NCBI GenBank assembly: GCA_013816265.1 | Contig: JACDES010000001.1 | Location: 25,636 to 89,635 of the forward strand | DNA: 64,000 nt | Origin: Parachlamydiaceae bacterium | Lineage (GTDB): Bacteria; Chlamydiota; Chlamydiia; Chlamydiales; Parachlamydiaceae | Direction: 5' to 3' | Shown here: positions 19,001-27,537 of the stretch, piece by piece | How positions within the stretch are numbered: the first letter of the stretch is position 1 | Layout: each line of letters begins with the position of its first letter | Position numbers and translations under genes: made by a program | The notes under the pieces: model-generated | Told to the model about the DNA's origin: nothing | What the model saw: only the letters and a program-made list of their open reading frames with translations | Database searches by the model: none

Positions 19001-19628
19001 TTGTTTCATTACATATCTCGCAAGAAAGAGGGCCATCTTCATCATTATTCCAATTAATCTGTTCAAAATTTAATACCTTTGGAATGCAATTATTTTTCAA
19101 AGTCAGAATCGCTTTAATAAGAGCTGTGATTCCTGAAGCAGATCCTAAATGTCCCATATTCCCCTTAATTGTACCTATGGTTACAGGATTTCCAGACCGA
19201 TTTTCGAAAATGCTATTATAAACAGCTAATTCCATTTTATCTGTCATAGGGTCAGCAGTTCCTTGTGCTTCGATATAGTCAATGTCGTTTGGCGTTATTC
19301 CTGCTTCTTCATATGCTGAATGAATTACTTCGCGATGAGAGTTGGGGTTTGGTGCAGTCAAATACATGCTTTTGCCACCATGCTGGACACTTATGCCACT
19401 CATTACTCCATAAATATGATCATTGTCTTTAATAGCGTCTGAAAGTCTTTTTAATAGAACTAATCCTGCTCCTTCTCCGTTCAAATGCCCAGTCGCATTA
19501 ACATCGAATGGTTTCATCATATTTTCCGGAGTTAGCATCTTCAATTTTCTATTAATGATAAATGTCCATGGAGATAGTAGCACATTGACACCACCTGCTA
19601 AAGCTACATTAATTTTTTTATTTCTCAA
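16080..19628 (-). CDS. Trans-AT PKS subunit 3 (continuation of the interrupted KS): KS0(C-terminal part)-ACP | KS
   Basis: 1182-aa ORF (the track start is TTG).
- The reading frame is actually open up to 19700 and encodes 'KGPSIAVDTACSSSFAALD' (Cys at 19668-19670), directly in frame after the TAG at 19701-19703.
- The KS lacks the HGTGT His ('IEAQGTADPMTD', Gln at 19263-19265) but keeps 'NMGHLG', so it looks like a non-elongating KS0.
- ACP Ser457 'YGIDSIL' (18258-18260).
- KS Cys709 'DTMCSSS' (17502-17504), 'EAHGTGTELGD', 'NIGHLE'.
- C-terminal docking-like tail. Confidence 0.85.
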   Translation of the reverse strand: MRNKKINVALAGGVNVLLSPWTFIINRKLKMLTPENMMKPFDVNATGHLNGEGAGLVLLKRLSDAIKDNDHIYGVMSGISVQHGGKSMYLTAPNPNSHREVIHSAYEEAGITPNDIDYIEAQGTADPMTDKMELAVYNSIFENRSGNPVTIGTIKGNMGHLGSASGITALIKAILTLKNNCIPKVLNFEQINWNNDEDGPLSCEICNETKSWIPRSINGVKKKRRIGIHNFGYGGVNGHIVLDEYAIPNMQSEKIGINILPISARTEKQLHEYVNKLLNYIKIQEYKLYDINEIRLPSLLYTLQTGKEPLKYRIAIVANNLNEFISKLELLLINKQSKSIFKSNLNISEGQFTSLNEIELLAEKWVQGKDVDWLSFYPNEKPAKIPLPSYAFEKALHVLSGYKSIQQANSSVNKINNTSSLKKNVINRLIQIYCDCTNLDYSHIDPLQSLDQYGIDSILITNMNERFSHIFGDLPKTLLFEFQTLDQLADYFLTKFEKQCMKWTNTKAELEERTLKNDNERMIKQKSDKKKENEPIAIIGISGRYPKAKNLKEYYKNLENGRNCITEIPANRWSLENFYEANKDKALKKRNSYGKWGGFLDNHDCFDPLFFNISPLEAINMDPQERQFLEVCWETLEDAGYSPEELVNKFDRDVGVFVGITKTGYELYGPDLWRSGETLHPRTSFGSVANRVSYVLNLGGPCMPIDTMCSSSLTAIHEACEHLLRDECKMAFAGGVNLYMHPSNFVELSSLQMLSTDGKCKSFGEGGNGFVPGEGVGAILLKRLSDALEDNDHIYGVIKGTSINHGGKTNGYTVPSPNAQADLVKKALDKAGLMANHLSCIEAHGTGTELGDPIEVAGLTKAFERDTQEKGFCSLGSVKTNIGHLEAAAGIAGVTKLVLQLYHKKLFPTLYAETPNSNINFAKTPFKIQNELETWNQRLETNSTGQKIELPRIGGISSFGAGGSNAHVIIEEYITTKIMRSNSGPYLILLSAKEEDVLCKKVDQLLSYLQEELTRDDSLESIAYTLQVGRKAMEFRLGFIVETREELIDKLHMFLSNKNTNNASHIYFGNVKNNKEGMSNFSNDEDFPSLIKTWLEKRKISSLAKLWVNGTSIDWNLLYIEEKPLRISLPTYPFNKERYNLPTPETKEQIELEKYEDLLDGLIEGSVSVDEALELVDIYGLR

Positions 19629-20216
19629 GGCTTGTACAGCTAAATCTAATGCAGCAAATGAACTTGAACAGGCAGTGTCGACAGCTATACTTGGTCCTTT
19701 CTAACCAAAATAATTTGATATCCTATTCACAAGCATAGAATGTGTATTTCCAGTATTCACATACCCATCAAGCTCGTTATTAGAATTTATTATTTTTTCC
19801 AAATATTCATTTTTTTCTACGCCAACAAAAAGTCCTATTTTGTTATTAAATAGAGATTTTTTTGTATATCCGCCATTTTCAATTGTTTCCCAAGCCAATT
19901 CAAGTAATATACGATGTTGAGGATCCATCAGAATGGCTTCTTTTGGGGTAATACCAAAATGGAGTGCATCAAATGCGTAAATATCATCCAAAAAAGATCC
20001 ATGATAGCAATCAGTTTTGTCATTTTCTTTAGGATCTCCAAAGTGTTTTTTCCAATCCCACCGTGACTCTGGAACCTCTTTTAATACAGATTTTTCTTGT
20101 ACCAAATAATTCCAAAAATCGTTCAAATTATTGCTTGAGGGAAATCTTCCTCCAATACCTATTATGGCAATGTCATCTTCAGATTTTTTTTGGGGTCTTT
20201 CTTCCTTCAATACTGC
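18893..20216 (-). other. KS domain (KS6, KS0-type) interrupted by an in-frame TAG at 19701-19703
   Basis: The minus-strand reading is ...NRISNYFG-TAG-KGPSIAVDTACSSS... Other KSs here read NRISYFFNFKGPS and ARIAYHFNLKGPA, so the stop sits at a conserved Leu/Phe position. Confidence 0.85.
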
Positions 20217-23200
20217 ATCTTTAATGGGTTGTTGATTAAAGTTATTTTGGTATTTATCAACAAGAAACTTAGATAATGATTCAATCGTGGAAAACTCTAG
20301 AAAAGTTGAAGCACTAAGATGCATGAACGGATAATCAGTGGTGATTTCTTTTGCAAATTCTGTTAATGTCATCGAATCGAAACCAAATTCACTTAAATTT
20401 GTACAAGAATCTAAATCTGATTCGTTGATTTTTAGAACTTTAGAAATCCGTTGTTTTAAAGAAGCCTCAATTTGATTATTTGAATTCATATTAAACTGCC
20501 TTTCCTTAGGCTGATTTTTTTTGATGTATTGTATTTCCCAATCGAATTGGATCGCATTACCAAAGAATTGACAAGCACCAAGATATTCATCTTTGGTAAT
20601 TTCATTATGCTGTAATAAATTGTCTAGTGATTGCTGGCCAAGTCCTGCAAGTATCCTCAGTTTGAGTTGTTTTAGCTTTGGTTCATGTTCTTCTGTCTTA
20701 CTATATGAACTCTTACGATACATTTCTAAATATTCATTTGCTTTATCAAATGAATGCTCGCCCATCAGCCGATTAATCATTGGAAATGCAGGCAAATTAA
20801 TTAATGACCAAAATTTCTTAAAAGATACTTTTGGATCCGGAATCAAACCTAATTTTAATCCTAAAACAATATTTGAGATAGATCCCACAAGTCCTTGATG
20901 CGCATCTGAAATACGGTAATTTAATTCCTGAATTGTCAATTTATATTTTCCAGAAAGAACTCTTGCATACCAACGTGCAACCATTTCAGAATAGAAAAAT
21001 TGTCCGGAATAACCTATAGCGACTTGACTCGCAGTATTGACCAATGAAGGGTCTTTTGAATAAAAAATTCCTAAAGAAAAATCTTTTAATAAAGAAATAT
21101 TTTTTAAGTATTTGGCATCCTCCTGAACCTTATATCCCGTGCAAAAGACGATTAAATCAATTTTTTCATGTCTAGCATCATTCAAGAGACATCCATCTGA
21201 GGTGATTCTAGATATTTCGCCGACGGTATGGATTTTCTTTTGTGCAACCAAATGAACAATATTATCGTTTATTAAAATGGTAGAGTGATCATTTAAATCC
21301 TTCTGGCTTGGTAACAATCCACTTTGGACATATGATTCATAATATTCGGGCATTGATCTTTTTAAACGTTCAACTTGATTACTACGATTTTCCGGATTCA
21401 ATAAATTTGCAACCGATACACAATCATTTGGAATAAATCCTACCATGCGAGGTAATATCAATTTTAAGGATCTAAAGCTCCATAGGACCTTTTTTGCTAC
21501 ATGGGAAGCTTCCTCAGCTATATCCATGCCACTTACACCATTTCCAATAACTAAAACATTTTTGTCTTTGAAATTTGAATTATCAAAATATTGCCCTGAA
21601 TGGATAATTTCGCCCTGAAACTTTTCCAATCCTTCAATTTGTGGAATATGCGGATGCCAATACATCCCTTGACACATTGCTACCCCATCAAAAAATTCCT
21701 TTTTTACATTTCCTTCACGATTGATTTCAACTTCCCACCCATTTTCAGATTTCTCTACTTTAGTAACCTCGGAATGAAAATTTAGATAATTATTTAAATT
21801 AAATTTTTTCGCATATTCATTAAGATATAAATTCACATCTTCAACAGAGTAAAAGATGCTTTTTAAATCATCGAGATAAAAATCTGAAAATGTACTTGTA
21901 AATTTTGATGTTTGAAATCGTGTTTTCTTATACGCACCAGCAGTTTTGTTCTTTTTCAAATTCCAAACGCCCCCAATGGTATTCAGTCTTTCAAAGATGA
22001 CCGGTTCATGCCCTTCTTCTAATAAAGATTTAGCCATGACTAAACCCGAGGGACCTGCTCCGATGACACAAATTCTTTTTTTAGTTTTTATATCATTATT
22101 TAATTCATGAATAGGAGAACTAATAAAAGGATAAGAGGGCAAAGATATTTTTGTTTTGATATCTGGATGCAAAAATTTCCAATCTATATCAATATGCTTC
22201 ACCCATAATTCTGCAAGTGCTTTGATATCATTTTCATTCAGAAACTGTGCTTTTGCTTTTTCGATCAATTTATCATCAATGTCTGTTTGTCCGCTTTTGC
22301 TACCAATAAAATAATCTGAATTTGGGTTTGTGCCTTTCAAAAAATTCGAAATTTTATAAAGTAATTCATCACGATTTTTTGCAGAAAAAATTATTCGTTC
22401 TTTCATCGACGATCGAGCAATTTGTAGGGTATATGCAATATTTTCCAATTCAATGTTGGGATTATTTAATATAAACGCACTTAAATTTTTTACCATTTCT
22501 TTCAATGTGTGCAAACGCTTTGCCGATAAAGGAAATAAGAATAAATGATTGACATCACGCTTAAGTATTGTTGTAGGTTTAGGTAGATATTCTTTTATAA
22601 ATGCAAATGCATTAGTACCACTCATACCTGTTGCACCTATCAAACCTTGGCGAGGATTAACTTCTGGGTTCCTCCAATTTATTCCCTCATTGCATATTCC
22701 AAAATCAGCATCTTCAAATTCTTTTAAGGGATCTTTTACATCAGTTGCAGGAATGAATTGATTTTTTAACATTAAGATAATTGCGATCAAATTAACAATT
22801 CCAGAAGCAGCAAAACTATGGCCAACAATTTGTTTGATAGATCCAATGCCAAATGAAATGCCACCTGACTTATCAAATACTTTTTTATATGCTTTTAATT
22901 CAGATACATCTCCCAAAGTTGATCCAACACTATGAGCCAGTATAAAATTAATATCTTCTAGAGCAATATCATTTCGTTTTATTATTTTGCGTAATAGTTC
23001 AGTCTGAGCCTCTGAATTTGGTGCGGTAATTCCCAGCGTTTTGCCATCATAATTAATTCCTGTTCCATTGATGATGCAATATATATTATCTCCATCTCTT
23101 TCAGCTTCGCTTAAAGGCTTTAAAACAACAGCCACGACTGCTTCGCCAGGTACTAGTCCAGTTGCATTAGGATCAAAAGGTTGGCATTTTCCATCTTTCG

Positions 23201-26200
23201 ACAAAAAGCCCATCTTATTCAACATCGAATATGTGGTTGGAGAATAATTTAAGCTAACACCTGCCGCTAGAGCTATCTCACATTCACCATTTAATAACGC
23301 ATTGCAAGCTTGATGTAAAGCAACCATGCTAGAAGAACAAGCGGTATTGATGGATAGATTTGGTCCTGTAATATCTAAATAATGGGAAATACGAGCAGCC
23401 AATATTGCGTTATGACAACTTGTCGCATTCTCTCTTGTTTCTTGATTATCACCAGAGTCTGAATCTTCAACTCCAACATAAACTCCAAAGGGCTTTCCTG
23501 CTATTGACTTCCCAGTATAGCCAGCATTCTCAAATGCTTTCCACGACTCTTCTAATAACATCCTTTGTCGTGGATCCATCAATTCAGCATCCCTTGGAGA
23601 TATCTCAAAAAAAAGTGGATCGAAAGAATCTATATCATTTATAAATGCCCCTTTTAAACACTCTTTATCTAAGGAATCATCGTTCTGATTTTGATAGTTT
23701 TTCCAGCTCTTGCGCTCAGTCGGTATTTCCCCTATTTTAGTCTTATTTTTAATGAGTACATCCCAGAATTCCTCAATGTTATTTGCTCCGGGAAACCTTC
23801 CTGATATCCCTATGACAGCAATTTTTTCTTGATTTTTTTCACTAAAGGATTTTTTGTTAACTGAAGTGGAAACAAATTCTTTATCTTCACCTCTGGCCTT
23901 TGTTTGCAATAATGGCGTTGGATTTTTGCTTAGCAGATTTGATAGTTTTTGGAGAGTGTTATGAGTAAAAAGGTCAGAAAGCTGCAATTCAGAGCTAAAA
24001 TGTTTATTAATTTGTTTGGCGAATTTGGTCAAACTAATGGAATCAAATCCAAATTCAGCTAACAATGCATCATCATCAAGATATTCTTCTTTGATTTTAA
24101 GTAGCGAGGATATCATCGCTCTGATTTCTTTTTTTACATCATCTAGATCAGAAATAACTTTTACAGTTAATTTTTCATTAGACTCTTCGACGTGGTATTT
24201 TCTTTGTAATATTTCTTTAATTCGTGCCGGATCACCAGGAATAGCTAGTAAGGCATCTAAAGGGCTAGATAAAGAAGATTCGAAAATAGAAATTCCTTCA
24301 CTTTTTTCTAAAAACCTTTGACCACTGGTTTTCAGATACATAGAAGCTCTATCAAGGTCATCAAGGCCCATTCCACCTTCTTTCCAGAAAGGCCAATTGA
24401 TTGCAATCGTTTTTCCCTTCCTTTTGCCAGCCTTTACAAGTTTGTTGCGATAATGTGAATAAGACATTTGAAATCTATTAGAAACAGCATAATCACATGC
24501 TCCAAAGTCCCCTAAAACTGCTGCTGAAGACGAAAAATAACAAATAAAATCTAAATCTAGATCCTTGGTAAATTCATCTAATAATATAGTTCCTTCAATT
24601 TTAACATTCAAATGATCTGAAAATGCAGAAAGGTTTTTATCATATAATCCCACTCTTGAGTCAATTCCGGCACAGTGCAGAAGGCCATTAATATGAAGAT
24701 ATTTACTATTTATCGCTTCAAAAAGGATTTGCATTTCAGATCGGTTTGCGATGTCTACATTATAGTATTCGACAATTTTTGTTCCTGAATGATTTAATTC
24801 CTTAAGAAAGTTTAGAATGTCATTATTTAGTGGCCTTTTACCAAATAAAATTAAATTTGCAGAATATTCTTTTGCTAAATGTTTAGCAAAGATTTGCCCT
24901 AATCCCCCAAAACCACCTGTGATAAGATATGTTCCATTCTTATTTATTGGAATAGAGATGTTTTGTTTCAATTCTTCATGTGCAAATGTAAGTCGATACC
25001 TTTTATTGTAATTATATTTAATGTTTCCTAATTGCCACAATTCAACCCATAATTTATTCAGATCAACTTCGGTATTTTCGAACGTGAGTGTGGATATATT
25101 AATATTGGGGGAAAGAAGAGCGATTGTCCTTTCAAAACCAATCCAAGATTCACTATAGCAATCCTTAATCGTATTTGAATTTTTAGAGATTAGTAAGATT
25201 TTGTTAACAGTTGAAAATTTTTGACCAATTCCTTTTAATAACAGGAAAATAGATTCGATACTCTTTACCTCTTCATTTTCTCCCCACCTAAACACAATTT
25301 TTACCGGGATAGAGTCATATATAATACCCTCAAACAATTTTAAATAATCCTCGAGAATATCTGGAGCAATCTCATAGATAGAATTCGTCACCTTTTTATA
25401 ACTTATTCCTTTGGTCACCAAAATGAGGCTATGTTTTTCGGACTCTTTCTCTAATATTTCTCTAAATGATATATAGTCTGCATCGTCATTACTAAAATAG
25501 ATAATTTTTGAAGCAATTTTTGGAAATTGAACGGATTCTTTTTCTTCCCATATTTCCTTATATAATGTTAATGGTGAAGAAGGATTTTCCAATTCATGAG
25601 CAATTACAGATTGACTAATTTTCTTTTCTATAAGCTCAGGAACAATATACACATTTTTTTTAAATGGATAAGTAGGCAAGGAAACGCGGTTAGGTTTAAA
25701 TTTTGGATACAGAAGATTCCAGTCTATCGTTGTTCCTTGCATCCAAATATCTGAAATCTTTAAGAAGTCCCTTGCTTCGATCCACTTATGAATCAAATCG
25801 TTATCCGCTTTCTCATAAACAATTTCTTTTTTGGGATTCACTCTATTTGTCTCAATAAAAGAAGTGATTTTTGCCAGTAAATCACTTTGATTTTGTACTA
25901 CGAAAGCAATTCTTTTTTCCATTGCATCTCGCCCTAATTGTAAGGTAAATGCTAAATCAGAAAGAGAAACATCCTTATTATGTTTTAAATAGACTAGAAG
26001 ACTTTCCGCGTATTCTTTCAATTGCTTGATATCTTTGGCTGAAATAACAACGATATAGTCTGTGTCAATTTCGTTAGTATTTCTTTTCATATTTGTTTTA
26101 ATATACTCTTCAATTACAAGGTGAGCATTTGTTCCACTAAATCCAAACGAACTTACACCAGCCCTTAGTCTACTATTTAGATTATTCGTCCAAGATTTAC

Positions 26201-27524
26201 ATTCTGTATTGACATACATGGGTGAATTAGAAAAATCGAAATGTTCATTAGGTGTTGAGAAATTCAATGAAGGGACAAGCATTTTATTCCTAAGACATAA
26301 TAATACTTTATGAATACTGGCTACTCCAGCAGCCGCAGATGTATGCCCGATATTTGTTTTTAATGAACCGATTGCTAGATGATGTTTAGGGACACCTTTA
26401 TTTTGATAAACGGTGGATAACGCATCTAATTCAATTGGATCTCCAAGTTTTGTGCCCGTACCATGCATTTCAACATATGAAATTGTTTTCGGATCGATAC
26501 AATTTCTTTCATAAACATCGTTAATTAATGTCGTTTGACTATTAGCACTTGGAGCCGTGATTCCATTAGTTTTTCCATCTTGATTTATTCCAGAAGCAAT
26601 AATGACACCATATATAATATCACCAGCCTTTTCAGCATCATCCAAACGCTTAAGAACTATTGCACCAACACCCTCTCCAGGAATAAAACCTGCTGCTTGA
26701 TTATCAAAAGCTCTGCATAATCCATCAGAGGATAGCATACCTGCTTTTGACATGCTAATATATGACTCTACATTAAGATAAAGAGTGACTCCTCCTACTA
26801 AAGCTAAATCAATTTCACCATTATTTAAACTTTGACATGCCAGATGTGTTGCAACGAGAGAAGATGAACAAGCGGTGTCAATAGATATCGCTGGTCCTTT
26901 CAGATTAAAATGATAGGCAATCCTCGCAGAAGCTATTGCCAAGCTATTTCCTGTGATATTTACTTCTTCTGATTGAGTCTTATATAACATTTTGGCATAT
27001 TCAGATCCCATAATACCTAAATAAACACCGCAACGATGATTATTTAATTGTTTTTTTGTATAACCTGCATCTTCAAAGGCTTTATAGGCTTCTTGTAGAA
27101 AAATTCGTTGTTGGGGATCTATTCCTTCAGCATCTGCAGGAGCAATATTAAAAAACTGAGGATCAAATTCATAAGCACCTTCTATGAATCCTCCCCATTT
27201 ACAATTGGTCTTACCCTCTTTATTTTTATCATGATCATAGTAGATAGATGAATCCCAACGTTCCTTGGAAACTTCTGTAATACAATTTTTACTAGTTACA
27301 AGATTATTCCAGAAATCGGATAAATTTTCAGCTCCGGGATATCGTCCAGCTATTCCAACAATCGCTATTTTATTCGAGTAATCATGTTTTTGAATATTAT
27401 TTTGATCTTGTGCAACTTGTAAGGGTTCTTTAGGAGGTGTTTTTTTCTTAGTTATCAGCGCTTCAGCCTCACTCAAACTAAGTTCACCTTTACGAAGAGC
27501 TAATAATATATCCTTAGAATCCAT
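19701..27524 (-). CDS. Trans-AT PKS subunit 2: KS-KR-ACP | KS-FMO-ACP | KS(N-terminal part, truncated by TAG)
   Basis: 2607-aa ORF.
- Docking-like N-terminus 'MDSKDILLALRKGELSLSEAEALI'.
- KS Cys219 'DTACSSS' (26868-26870), 'EMHGTGTKLGD', 'NIGHTS'.
- KR 'ITGGFGGLG' (~24920).
- ACP Ser1162 'FGFDSISL' (24039-24041).
- KS Cys1396 'NTACSSS' (23337-23339) with atypical 'LAHSVGSTLGD' and 'KQIVGHS'.
- Flavin monooxygenase domain ~aa 1815-2340.
- ACP Ser2384 'FGFDSMTL' (20373-20375).
- The first ~170 aa of another KS ('DDIAIIGIGGRFPS...'). Confidence 0.95.
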   Translation of the reverse strand: MDSKDILLALRKGELSLSEAEALITKKKTPPKEPLQVAQDQNNIQKHDYSNKIAIVGIAGRYPGAENLSDFWNNLVTSKNCITEVSKERWDSSIYYDHDKNKEGKTNCKWGGFIEGAYEFDPQFFNIAPADAEGIDPQQRIFLQEAYKAFEDAGYTKKQLNNHRCGVYLGIMGSEYAKMLYKTQSEEVNITGNSLAIASARIAYHFNLKGPAISIDTACSSSLVATHLACQSLNNGEIDLALVGGVTLYLNVESYISMSKAGMLSSDGLCRAFDNQAAGFIPGEGVGAIVLKRLDDAEKAGDIIYGVIIASGINQDGKTNGITAPSANSQTTLINDVYERNCIDPKTISYVEMHGTGTKLGDPIELDALSTVYQNKGVPKHHLAIGSLKTNIGHTSAAAGVASIHKVLLCLRNKMLVPSLNFSTPNEHFDFSNSPMYVNTECKSWTNNLNSRLRAGVSSFGFSGTNAHLVIEEYIKTNMKRNTNEIDTDYIVVISAKDIKQLKEYAESLLVYLKHNKDVSLSDLAFTLQLGRDAMEKRIAFVVQNQSDLLAKITSFIETNRVNPKKEIVYEKADNDLIHKWIEARDFLKISDIWMQGTTIDWNLLYPKFKPNRVSLPTYPFKKNVYIVPELIEKKISQSVIAHELENPSSPLTLYKEIWEEKESVQFPKIASKIIYFSNDDADYISFREILEKESEKHSLILVTKGISYKKVTNSIYEIAPDILEDYLKLFEGIIYDSIPVKIVFRWGENEEVKSIESIFLLLKGIGQKFSTVNKILLISKNSNTIKDCYSESWIGFERTIALLSPNINISTLTFENTEVDLNKLWVELWQLGNIKYNYNKRYRLTFAHEELKQNISIPINKNGTYLITGGFGGLGQIFAKHLAKEYSANLILFGKRPLNNDILNFLKELNHSGTKIVEYYNVDIANRSEMQILFEAINSKYLHINGLLHCAGIDSRVGLYDKNLSAFSDHLNVKIEGTILLDEFTKDLDLDFICYFSSSAAVLGDFGACDYAVSNRFQMSYSHYRNKLVKAGKRKGKTIAINWPFWKEGGMGLDDLDRASMYLKTSGQRFLEKSEGISIFESSLSSPLDALLAIPGDPARIKEILQRKYHVEESNEKLTVKVISDLDDVKKEIRAMISSLLKIKEEYLDDDALLAEFGFDSISLTKFAKQINKHFSSELQLSDLFTHNTLQKLSNLLSKNPTPLLQTKARGEDKEFVSTSVNKKSFSEKNQEKIAVIGISGRFPGANNIEEFWDVLIKNKTKIGEIPTERKSWKNYQNQNDDSLDKECLKGAFINDIDSFDPLFFEISPRDAELMDPRQRMLLEESWKAFENAGYTGKSIAGKPFGVYVGVEDSDSGDNQETRENATSCHNAILAARISHYLDITGPNLSINTACSSSMVALHQACNALLNGECEIALAAGVSLNYSPTTYSMLNKMGFLSKDGKCQPFDPNATGLVPGEAVVAVVLKPLSEAERDGDNIYCIINGTGINYDGKTLGITAPNSEAQTELLRKIIKRNDIALEDINFILAHSVGSTLGDVSELKAYKKVFDKSGGISFGIGSIKQIVGHSFAASGIVNLIAIILMLKNQFIPATDVKDPLKEFEDADFGICNEGINWRNPEVNPRQGLIGATGMSGTNAFAFIKEYLPKPTTILKRDVNHLFLFPLSAKRLHTLKEMVKNLSAFILNNPNIELENIAYTLQIARSSMKERIIFSAKNRDELLYKISNFLKGTNPNSDYFIGSKSGQTDIDDKLIEKAKAQFLNENDIKALAELWVKHIDIDWKFLHPDIKTKISLPSYPFISSPIHELNNDIKTKKRICVIGAGPSGLVMAKSLLEEGHEPVIFERLNTIGGVWNLKKNKTAGAYKKTRFQTSKFTSTFSDFYLDDLKSIFYSVEDVNLYLNEYAKKFNLNNYLNFHSEVTKVEKSENGWEVEINREGNVKKEFFDGVAMCQGMYWHPHIPQIEGLEKFQGEIIHSGQYFDNSNFKDKNVLVIGNGVSGMDIAEEASHVAKKVLWSFRSLKLILPRMVGFIPNDCVSVANLLNPENRSNQVERLKRSMPEYYESYVQSGLLPSQKDLNDHSTILINDNIVHLVAQKKIHTVGEISRITSDGCLLNDARHEKIDLIVFCTGYKVQEDAKYLKNISLLKDFSLGIFYSKDPSLVNTASQVAIGYSGQFFYSEMVARWYARVLSGKYKLTIQELNYRISDAHQGLVGSISNIVLGLKLGLIPDPKVSFKKFWSLINLPAFPMINRLMGEHSFDKANEYLEMYRKSSYSKTEEHEPKLKQLKLRILAGLGQQSLDNLLQHNEITKDEYLGACQFFGNAIQFDWEIQYIKKNQPKERQFNMNSNNQIEASLKQRISKVLKINESDLDSCTNLSEFGFDSMTLTEFAKEITTDYPFMHLSASTFLEFSTIESLSKFLVDKYQNNFNQQPIKDAVLKEERPQKKSEDDIAIIGIGGRFPSSNNLNDFWNYLVQEKSVLKEVPESRWDWKKHFGDPKENDKTDCYHGSFLDDIYAFDALHFGITPKEAILMDPQHRILLELAWETIENGGYTKKSLFNNKIGLFVGVEKNEYLEKIINSNNELDGYVNTGNTHSMLVNRISNYFG
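20505..22082 (-). other. In-line class B flavin-dependent monooxygenase (FMO/BVMO-like) domain within PKS subunit 2
   Basis: Motifs:
- 'RICVIGAGPSGLV' (FAD GxGxxG).
- 'FQGEIIHSGQYF' (FxGxxxHxxxY, the FMO fingerprint, ~21585-21620).
- 'VLVIGNGVSGMDIA' (NADPH GxGxxG).
- 'VFCTGY'.
The domain lies between a KS and an ACP. Confidence 0.8.
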
Positions 27525-27537
27525 AGTTGGCCATTAC

